Of a DNA stretch of 64,000 nucleotides, positions 12,501-23,000 are shown one piece after another. The notes under the pieces were generated by a model. That model searched no databases. It was not told where the DNA came from and was given only the letters and a program-made list of their open reading frames with translations. Position 1 is the first letter of the stretch. Each line of letters begins with the position of its first letter. The stretch lies in NCBI GenBank assembly GCA_002269645.1, contig NIVC01003891.1:1-64000 (forward strand), given 5' to 3'. Origin of the DNA: Macrostomum lignano (Eukaryota). The position numbers and the translations under genes were made by a program.

Positions 12501-12757
12501 TGGACCCGATGACCCCGAAGGCCAGCTTAGACGAGTTGGCCTCCCTGCTGCAGGTGCCGCTAGCCGCTGGCACAATTAACAAAGGCTCGCCAGTGATTAG
12601 TGCTGGTTTAGTTGTGAACGACTGGATCGGATTCTGCGGAGTGGACACCACGGCCACTGAGTTGGGCCTTGTTGAAAGCGTCTTTCAGCTGGGCGACAAG
12701 CTGCCCTCGTCTGTGGCTGCTAATATGCGCGACGCATTGATCGACACCATGGCCTAG
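9599..12757 (+). CDS. EIF6: Eukaryotic translation initiation factor 6 (exons 9599-9866, 11640-11770, 12422-12757)
   Basis: [74 protein letters not shown]. Both introns are GT-AG and phase-compatible. Confidence 0.96.
9873..11570. repeat. 30-bp minisatellite (~56 copies) filling eIF6 intron 1
   Basis: agctgtgcaacaatgccatttgtcattttt plus a ccgtttatcattgtt variant. The 30-bp phase is kept throughout, and the array starts ~6 nt after the donor. Confidence 0.98.
11971..12350. mobile_element. Dispersed MITE-like repeat, copy 2, in eIF6 intron 2
   Basis: Similar to 1084-1400; diverged, and the right end is not evident. Confidence 0.65.
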
Positions 12758-12857
12758 GAGGCTCTGATAATGTACGACTGATTTTCTTAAGTACAGCTTA
12801 CTGATGACAAGTCTTCATTTGACAGGTTATTGTTATTAACTGGCGAAAATTCCACTG

Positions 12858-13380
12858 ATTAATAGTGGCACAGGTGAAATATTGGCTGGTTAATAGTGAC
12901 ACAGGTGAAATATTGGCTGATTAATAGTGACACAGGTGAAATATTGGCTGATTAATAGTGACACAGGTGAAATATTGGCTGATTAATAGTGACACAGGTG
13001 AAATATTGGCTGATTAATAGTGACACAGGTGAAGTATTGGCTGATTAATAGTGACACAGGTGAAATATTGGCTGATTAATAGTGACACAGGTGAAGTATT
13101 GGCTGATTAATAGTGACACAGGTGAAATATTGGCTGATTAATAGTGACACAGGTGAAATATTGGCTGATTAATAGTGGCACAGGTGAAGTATTGGCTGAT
13201 TAATAGTGACACAGGTGAAATATTGGCTGATTAATAGTGGCACAGGTGAAATATTGGCTGATTAATAGTGACACAGGTGAAATATTGGCTGATTAATAGT
13301 GGCACAGGTGAAATATTGGCTGATTAATAGTGGCACAGGTGAAATATTGGCTGATTAATAGTGGCACAGGTGAAGTATTA
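12858..13380. repeat. 31-bp minisatellite (gattaatagtgacacaggtgaaatattggct), ~17 copies, downstream of eIF6
   Basis: Direct reading. Confidence 0.96.
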
Positions 13381-13848
13381 ACAAATGAGACCCCCAGTGC
13401 CTAATAAAATCAGTTCCTGTCAATGTAGTGATTTTTTGTCACTGATTAATTTTGACTGTTGAAAGTACATCTGAGTAATAATGGCGCTGTAATTAAAGTA
13501 AGTCGATCCATTGCCCCGGATAAACTCCATTGCCGCTTCCCTCATTGTTGCATTCACTCAACTTCAGTTAGGACAAAAAATGTATTTTTTTAAGAGCAGC
13601 CATGCGCATATGCTGTGCAACCGTATCATCAGTGTCCGGTTATATTGTATGTGGCCCAAGCTTTAATAATACACATTATCCTATCTTTGAGCCAGCTGTC
13701 AAGAGTCAACGCTGAAAATTAATTCTACCGCTTGATGAAGAACTTCACCGTTTTGAATTTTGTGTTTCGGTGTTTTTCAATATTTTTACGAGTGTACACG
13801 TTCGATGTTTGAATATTCGTATCTACTCGGTGAAAAAACCACCCCTTC

Positions 13849-14540
13849 ACTGCCACCCCCTCCCACCTGTCTTCACTGCCATCACCATCATCCCCACCTG
13901 TCTTCACTGCCACCCCATCCCCACCTGTCTTCACTGCCACTCCATCCCCACCTGTCTTCACTGCTACTCCATCCCCACCTGTCTTCACTGCCACCCCATC
14001 CCCACCTGTCTTCACTGCCACCCCATCCCCACCTGTCTTCACTGCCACTCCATCCCCACCTGTCTTCACTGCCACTCCATCCCCACCTGTCTTCACTGCC
14101 ACTCCATCCCCACCTGTCTTCACTGCCACTCCATCCCCACCTGTCTTCACTGCCACTCCATCCCCACCTGTCTTCACTGCCACCCCATCCCCACCTGTCT
14201 TCACTGCCACTCCATCCCCATCTGTCTTCACTGCCATCCCAGCATCCCCACCTGTCTTCACTGCCACTCCATCCCCACCTGTCTTCACTGCCATCACCAT
14301 CATCCCCACCTGTCTTCACTGCCATCACCATCATCCCCACCTGTCTTCACTGCCACCCCAGCATCCCGACCTGTCTTCTCTGCCATCACCATCATCCCCA
14401 CCTGTCTTCACTGCCACCCCAGCATCCCCACCTGTCTTCACTGCCACCCCAGCATCCCCACCTGTCTTCACTGCCACCCAGCATCCCCACCTGTCTTCAC
14501 TGCCACCCCAGCATCCCCACCAGTCTTCACTGCCACCCCA
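13849..14540. repeat. 21-bp C-rich minisatellite (catccccacctgtcttcactg...)
   Basis: Direct reading; the overlapping ORFs are artefacts. Confidence 0.95.
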
Positions 14541-15169
14541 CCTTACTCTCTCTCAGGGTCTCTCAGGGAAATCTTCAAATAGGACTAGTTGGCCGTAGTG
14601 CGGTGCTGTTGCACTACTCATAAAATGCAGCTACAATGTCTATTCTGAGCATGCTAAGCTGCAAGCAGGAAGAGTGCGCCGCGCCTATTTGTCAAAACAA
14701 GCCCTCGACTGTCAGCTGGATCTCAGTCAGGCAGCAGAGCCGTTGCAACTGGCTTGGAGCACCATCATTAAGAGCTACAGGTCTATTTTCGAACTATAAT
14801 ATCGGCTCTATTTCCTCCTCTTCTCGAGTTTGCTCACGTGCTTGCCTGATTGCCAGGGTCTGACTGATACTCCTAAGTCTCTGGCTTTACCCTGGACGAG
14901 GTGGAGCGCATGTGTGTAATTAACCTGTTGCAGAAATTGCTAGTCTCTTGCCCGAGCGGATGACGTCTATGGGCGGGAAATTCTTAGCCCGGAGCTTTGC
15001 GCTTGCTTTTGCTAAATCACTGCGGAGGAGGCAATGTGTAGTTGAGAGTGCCTGCTAATGCATGCGATTGCTGTTTGATTGTTTACTTTACTGTGTAAGA
15101 CCGTGCCAGATGTCTTTCTGCTCTCGTAATTTTTAATTTCTGTTATACTTACAATTTTTCTCCTGTCTC

Positions 15170-15590
15170 ATTCGCCCCCTTTCCCTCTCCTCTCCCTTTC
15201 CGTCTACCTCTCCCCTCTCCCACTCTCCCTTTCCGTCTACCTCTCCCTCTCTCCCTTTCCGTCTCCCCTCTCCCTCTCTCCCTTTCCGTCTCCCCTCTCC
15301 GTCTCTCCCTCTCCTCTCTCCATCCCCCCCTCTCCCTTTCCGTCTCTCCCTCTCCTCTCTCCCTCTCCCCTTCTCCCTTTCCGTCTCTCCCTCTCCTCTC
15401 TCCCTCTCCCCCTCTCCCTTTCCGTCTCTCCCTCTCCTCTCTCCCTCTCCCCCTCTCCCTTTCCGTCTCTCCCTCTCCTCTCTCCCTCTCCCCCTCTCCC
15501 TTTCCGTCTCTCCCTCTCCTCTCTCCCTCTCCCCCTCTCCCTTTCCGTCTCTCCCTCTCCTCTCCTTTTCTGTCTCTCCCTCCCCCCCTG
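15170..15590. repeat. Polypyrimidine (CT-rich) tandem repeat
   Basis: ccctttccgtctctccctctcctctctccctctccccctct units. Confidence 0.92.
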
Positions 15591-16423
15591 CTCCCGTCCA
15601 TCTTCCCCCGACCTCTACTAAGTATTTAATATCCCCAAGCAACATCTATCATTGATTAAAAATCACTTTGAATGTAAAACTTGCATCTCCCGGTACAGGT
15701 TTCCGCTGCGGCCACCCTCCGCCGCCGCAGCCGCTAGACTCATGGCGGGATCCCATGAGAATCCCTATGCGCGCGCGGACTTCGGACGCAAATCCCTGCC
15801 CGATCCGATCTTCAGAATCCCGCCGACACTCTTTGCCAACCTGAGCCAAACGCGGCCTGTGCTTCATGTCCCCCTTCCTTGATGCAGAGGGTGATGATAC
15901 GGTTTGGAAGCGCATTCGAGCTCCTGAGTCCTCTCTCCTTTCCCGCAGCTCTGCAGTCCCGGGAGAGAAGCGCTGGCGTCAGACAGAGAGAGGGGGGCAG
16001 AAGAAGAAAGAGAGTTCTCATGTAATCCCTGCGGCAAAAATGCGGGGACACGGGCCGCAGGACGGAACGGGGGGCACTCTCGTCCATTGCCTTTTATTTT
16101 TCTTTTTTTTGTTCCCCTCCAGCTGCAGTGGCGAGTAAAAGCGAATGAAGGGAGGCAACTGCCGTTTGAGTTTTTGAAAATCGGCTTGCCTGAGTGAGTT
16201 CTTTAACTAGCGGCCTTTCTGCTTCACACGATGCTTTCCTGTGCTTTCTTTATATGCGTTTTCGCCTCACCTAGCTTCGAATTGCTGCGTTTTGACACTG
16301 TTAACGTAGCTGACCTTCTAAATTATTATCATGTGCACCTGTGTAACTATTCATCTGCGGCATCTGTTGTGTTTATATTCTATCTGTCTGACTTTTCGGC
16401 GGCTGCCTTGGTGCCTGTTCTAG

Positions 16424-16447
16424 TGTCTGTCTGTCTGTCTGTCTGTG

Positions 16448-16498
<51 letters not shown>

Positions 16499-16499
16499 G

Positions 16500-16534
<35 letters not shown>

Positions 16535-16535
16535 G

Positions 16536-16594
<59 letters not shown>

Positions 16595-16638
16595 GTGTCT
16601 GTCTGTCTGTCTGTCTGTCTGTCCTGTCTGTCTGTCTG

Positions 16639-16674
<36 letters not shown>

Positions 16675-16702
16675 CTGTCTGTCTGTCCTGTCTGTCTGTC
16701 TG

Positions 16703-16767
<65 letters not shown>

Positions 16768-16877
16768 GCCTGCCTGTCTGTGTCTGTCTGTCTTTCTGTC
16801 TGTCTGTCTGTGTCTGTCTGTCTGTCTGTCTGCCTGTCTGTCTGTCTGTCTGTCTGTCTGTCCTGTCTGTCTGTCTG

Positions 16878-16913
<36 letters not shown>

Positions 16914-16941
16914 CTGTCTGTCTGTCCTGTCTGTCTGTCTG

Positions 16942-17014
<73 letters not shown>

Positions 17015-17092
17015 GCCTGCCTGTCTGTGTCTGTCTGTCTTTCTGTCTGTCTGTCTGTGTCTGTCTGTCTGTCTGTCTGTCGGTCTGTCTGT
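16424..17092. repeat. (CTGT)n microsatellite, left flank of the 17.1-25.8 kb element
   Basis: Direct reading. Confidence 0.97.
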
Positions 17093-17096
17093 GTTA

Positions 17097-20000
17097 CTGT
17101 CTGTGTGTTTACTTGGACCTTTCGTCGGTTCAGTTGCCGCATTAGCTGGACCTTTCGGTTTAGGTGGACAGCGTAGGTGGACCACCGAATAACTTTGCTC
17201 CAGACAACGTTGAGTGGTTTATAAGGACCACAAAACAGAGCAATGGATGTCAGGAATGAGTGCCGCAAAGCGCAACATTCATCGGCATTCATGTTCAGAA
17301 AAAAATGCATTTCAGTTTACATGGACTTTTTGCGATGTCCACCTAAACCGGGTCTGAAAGGTCCAGCTAAACAAAAATTGTCAATGAAAATTTCTGAATT
17401 TGTCTGTTGCAGTCTGTTTCAGTCTGTTTCAGTCTGTTAGCAATTTACCTTTTTACAACATCTTTTACGCCAAAAAAGTAATATATTTAATTTCCGTGAT
17501 CTTAAATTAGGCACACACGGCTTTGTTAAGCTTTCTTCAAAGCCTTCCCACGGTTTTGTGCCCGAAAAATATTCGAATGACGGTTCCTTTATCACGTTAG
17601 CTGCTGATAGTAGTTTAAATGGATATTGTATCCTATAGGCCTATCGACTTTCCTTCTTTTAGATTCCTTTTGATATTTGATATTTATAAAAGTGTCGAAC
17701 CACAATAAGAAATAATCCTGGTGGAGAGTTTCGGCCTTGAGAAGAAGGTTCTGCTCTCAGATCCCTGTTTAGGGGTGGGGAAGCACCAAACCAAGCTCAA
17801 AGCGAAGGTCTGATATTTTTTATTTTAGTTTAGCCTGGGTCCCACTAAACACAGTTGCACGCACATCAAATCGTCTGTTGAGGTCCATGTAAACGAAACT
17901 CGAAGCGCACAACACAGTCACACAGACTAGAGCTGCATTGGTTAAGGACTGATTTCGGAGAGGTTGGTAAAAATCGGACCACCCCCACTGGGAATGCCAG
18001 CCAATAGGAGCAGTCCAAGGGACAGACAGTCCGTCGACTAAACGAGTCAGAGAGGGGCAGAGCTATAAAAGTGAAAACCTTTGGTCTAGCTAAAACAGGC
18101 TTACATGGACCACCTAATTTCTCGGATAGACTGAAACATTCAACTGAACTGTCAATAGTCAATACACGAGAAGACACGAATGTCTCGCAGGAGATATCCC
18201 AATAACACAGAGTCCCGGAGAGGTGCAACAGTAACAGATGTTACATCAAGTGGACTGGATACCTAAGGTAAGCATAAAATGAAAAGATTCAATTTAAAAG
18301 ATTGACTTCCTCGCATTCTAATTCTCTAGTAAAACCAAGCCTTTGGATTACTACGTAGCTAATAAAACAACACACGACTTTTAGATCTAACTACTTGGGA
18401 GCCAGTGAAAAATGTTTTCGACGACGTTTTTGAAAAATTGCATTGAAATTGCAGTAAGTACCAAAACGAAGTGTTATTTAGGATGAAAAAATGATAAACA
18501 TTAGTAAAGAGCCTCAATAAGAACCTACTCAATCGAAATTTCAGAAATATGTTTTCCTGCCAGACCAAAAAGCAAAATCTACCAGGTAAGCAAATCGGTG
18601 CACATACAACTTAAGCTGGTCCAGCTAACCTACAGACTGTACTGACGCCACTGAGACAGTCTGTTTAAGAGTCTTTCAGATGGGAGGTGAAATTCAAGTT
18701 TAGGAGGTCCAGCTAACCGACAGACTGTACTGACACCAATATGCCAGTCTGTTTCAAAGTCTCAGTAGAATCAAAGTATCAGTTGTAAACTGTCAATCCT
18801 GAATTCTCGTATAAATGCCAAATTTGACAGGCCCAGTCTGGAGACGGCAAGTCAGCTTTGATGCAGACAAGTGACGCAAGCAACTCCAGCAAGATATCGA
18901 CCAAGACTTTAAAGGCCAAGAGCCATTAAGTCGACTATAGGCTGACGCCTCACGTCTGGACACCTCTAAGAAGTCGGCTGAGGCACCTGAGACGCTGGTC
19001 AGTCCGGTGGACAGACGTGTTGCCTCATCGTAGTTCAGTCATCGGACGAGATTGAATCTACTGTGGTGAGCTTGCTGCAAAAGTGTTCAGGTTTGGTTTA
19101 TCATATTCTAATTGAACTGGTCCAGCTAACCTACAGACTGTACTGACGCAACTGATCCAGTCTGTTTAGGAGCCTCACAGATGGGAGGTGGAATTCAGGT
19201 TTAGGTGGTCCAGCTGACCTACAGACTGTACTGACGCAACTGAGCCAGTCTGTTTAGGAGCCTCACAGATGGAGGTGGAATTCAAGTCCAGGAGGTCCAG
19301 CTAACCTACAGACTGTACTGACACCACTGTGCCAGTCTGTTTCAAAGTCTCAGTAGGAAATCAGTTGTAAATTCTCAATCCTGAATTCTCGTATAAATGT
19401 CAAATTTGACAGGCCCAGTCTGGAGATGGCAAGTCAGCATTGATGCAGACGAGTGACGCAAGCTACTCTGGCAAGATGTCGACCAAGACTTTAAAGGCTA
19501 AGAGCCATTGAATCGATTATAGGCTGACATTTCACGTCTGGACACCTCTAAAAAGTTTGCTGAGGCACCTGAGACGCTGTTCAGTCTGATGGACAGACGT
19601 GTTGCCTCATCTCAGTTCAATCATCGGACGAGATTGAATCTACTGTGGTGAGCTTGCTGCAAAAGTGTTCAGATTTGGCTTATCCTATTCTAATTTAACT
19701 GGTCCAGCTAACCTACAGACTGCACTGACGCAACTGAGCCGGTCTGTTGAGGAGCCTCACAGATGGAGGTGGAATTCAAGTTTAGGTGGTCCAGCTAAAC
19801 TACAGACTGCACTGACGCAACTGAGCGAGTCTGTTTAGCAGCCTCACAGATGGAGGTGGAATTCAAGTTTAGGTGGTCCAGCTAACCTACAGACTGTACT
19901 GACGCAACTGAGCCAGTCTGTTTCAAAGTCTCAGTAGGATATCAGTTGTAAATTCTCAATCCTGAATTCTCGTATAAATGTCAAATTTGACAGGCCCAGT

Positions 20001-23000
20001 CTGGATACGGCAAGTCAGCATTGATGCAGACGAGTGACGCAAGCAACTCTGGAAAGATGTCGACCAATACTTCAAAGGCCAAGAGCCATTGAGTCGACTA
20101 TAGGCTGACATTTCACGTCTGGACACCTCTAAAAAGTTTGCTGAGGCACCTGAGACGCTGTTCAGTCTGATGGACAGACGTGTTGCCTCATCTCAGTTCA
20201 ATCATCGGACGAGATTGAATCTACTGTGGTGAGCTTGCTGCAAAAGTGTTCAGATTTGGCTTATCCTATTCTAATTTAACTGGTCCAGCTAACCTACAGA
20301 CTGCACTGACGCAACTGAGCCGGTCTGTTGAGGAGCCTCACAGATGGAGGTGGAATTCAAGTTTAGGTGGTCCAGCTAACCTACAGACTGCACTGACGCA
20401 ACTGAGCCAGTCTGTTTAGCAGCCTCACAGATGGAGGTGGAATTCAAGTTTAGGTGGTCCAGCTAACCTACAGACTGTACTGACGCCACTGAGCCAGTCT
20501 GTTTCAAAGTCTCAGTAGGATATCAGTTGTAAATTCTCAATCCTGAATTCTCGTATAAATGTCAAATTTGACAGGCCCAGTCTGGATACGGCAAGTCAGC
20601 ATTGATGCAGACGAGTGACGCAAGCAACTCTGGAAAGATGTCGACCAATACTTCAAAGGCCAAGAGCCATTGAGTCGACTATAGGCTGAGACCTCACATC
20701 TGGACACCTCCCAAAAAAGTTTGCTGAGGCACCTGAGACGCTGGTCAGTCCGGTGGACAGATATGGTGAGCTTGCTGCAAAATTGTTCAGATTTGGTTTA
20801 TCCTTTTCTAAATGTAATTGAACTGGTCCAGCTAACCTACAGACTGCACTGACGCAACTTAGCCAGTCTGTTTAAGAGCCTCACAGATGGGAGGTGGAAT
20901 TCAAGTCCAGGAGGTCCAGCTAACCTACAGACTGTACTGACGCAACTGAGCCAGTCTGTTTAGGAGCCTCACAGATGGGAGGTGGAATTCAGTTTAGCTG
21001 GTCCAGCTAACCTACAGACTGTACTGACGCAACTGAGCCAGTCTGTTTAGGAGCCTCACAGATGGAGGTGGAATTCAAGTTTAGCTGGTCCAGCTAACCT
21101 ACAGACTGTACTGACGCCACTGAGCCAGTCTGTTTCAAAGTCTCAGTAGGAAATGAGTTGTTAATTCTCAATCCTGTATTCTCGTATAAATGTCAAATTT
21201 GACAGGCCCAGTCTGGAGACGGCAAGTCAGCTTTGATGCAGACGAGTGACGCAAGCAACTCTGGCAAGATGTCGACCAAGACCTTAAAGGCCAAGAGCCA
21301 TTGAATCGATTATAGGCTGACATCTCACGTCTGGACACTTGTAAAAACTTTGCTGAGGCACCTGAGACGCTGTTCAGTCTGATGGACAGACGTGTTGCCT
21401 CATCTCAGTTCAGTCATCGGACGAGATTGAATCTACTGTGGTGAGCTTGCTGCAAAAGTGTTCAGTTTTGGCTTATCCTATTCTAATTGAACTGGTCCAG
21501 CTAACCTACAGACTGTACTGACACAACTGAGCCAGTCTGTTTAGGAGCCTCACAGATGGAGGTGGAATTCAAGTTTAGCTGGTCCAGCTAACCTACAGAC
21601 TGCACTGACGCCACTGAGCCAGTCTGTTTAGGAGCCTCACAGATATTCAAAGTTTAGGAGGTCCAGCTAACCTACAGACTGCACTGGCGCAACTGAGCCA
21701 GTCTGTTTAGGAGCCTCACAGATGGGAGGTGGAATTCAAGTCCAGGAGGTCCAGCTAACCAACAGACTGTACTGACGCAACTGAGCCAGTCTGTTTCAAA
21801 GTCTCAGTAGGATATCAGTTGTAAATTCTCAATCCTGAATTCTCGTATAAATGTCAAATTTGACAGGCCCAGTCTGGAGATGGCAAGTCAGCATTGATGC
21901 AGACGAGTGACGCAAGCTACTCTGGCAAGATGTCGACCAAGACTTTAAAGGCTAAGAGCCATTGAATCGATTATAGGCTGACATTTCACGTCTGGACACC
22001 TCTAAAAAGTTTGCTGAGGCACCTGAGACGCTGTTCAGTCTGATGGACAGACGTGTTGCCTCATCTCAGTTCAGTCATTAGACGAGACTGAATCTACTGT
22101 GGTGAGCTTGCTGCAAAAGTGTTCAGTTTTGGCTTATCCTATTCTAATTGAACTGGTCCAGCTAACCTACAGACTGCACTGACACAACTGAGCCAGTCTG
22201 TTTAGGAGCCTCACAGATGAAGTTTAGGTGGTCCAGCTAAACTACAGACTGCACTGATGCCACTGAGCCAGTCTGTTTAGGAGCCTCACAGATGGAGGTG
22301 GAATTCAAGTTTAGGTGGTCCAGCTAACCTACAGACTGTACTGACGCCACTGAGCCAGTCTGTTTAGGAGCCTCACAGATTGGAGGTGGAATTCAAGTTT
22401 AGCTGGTCCAGCTAACCTACAGACTGCACTGACGCAACTGAGCCAGTCTGTTTAGGAGCCTCACAGATGAAGTTTAGGTGGTCCAGCTAAACTACAGACT
22501 GCACTGATGCCACTGAGCCAGTCTGTTTAGGAGCCTCACAGATGGAGGTGGAATTCAAGTTTAGGTGGTCCAGCTAACCTTCAGACTGTACTGACGCCAC
22601 TGAGCCAGTCTGTTTCAAAGTCTCAGTAGGAAATGAGTTGTTAATTCTCAATCCTGTATTCTCGTATAAATGTCAAATTTGACAGGCCCAGTCTGGAGAC
22701 GGCAAGTCAGCTTTGATGCAGACGAGTGACGCAAGCAACTCTGGCAAGATGTCGACCAAGACCTTAAAGGCAAGAGCCATTGAATCGATTATAGGCTGAC
22801 ATCTCACGTCTGGACACTTGTAAAAACTTTGCTGAGGCACCTGAGACGCTGTTCAGTCTGATGGACAGACGTGTTGCCTCATCTCAGTTCAGTCATCGGA
22901 CGAGATTGAATCTACTGTGGTGAGCTTGCTGCAAAAGTGTTCAGTTTTGGCTTATCCTATTCTAATTGAACTGGTCCAGCTAACCTACAGACTGTACTGA

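Noticed and set aside
18020-18090. Peptide VRRLNESERGRAIKVK resembling a Tc1 N-terminal HTH
   Set aside because: Short match in a stop-interrupted frame with no downstream DDE motifs; insufficient to call a transposase.
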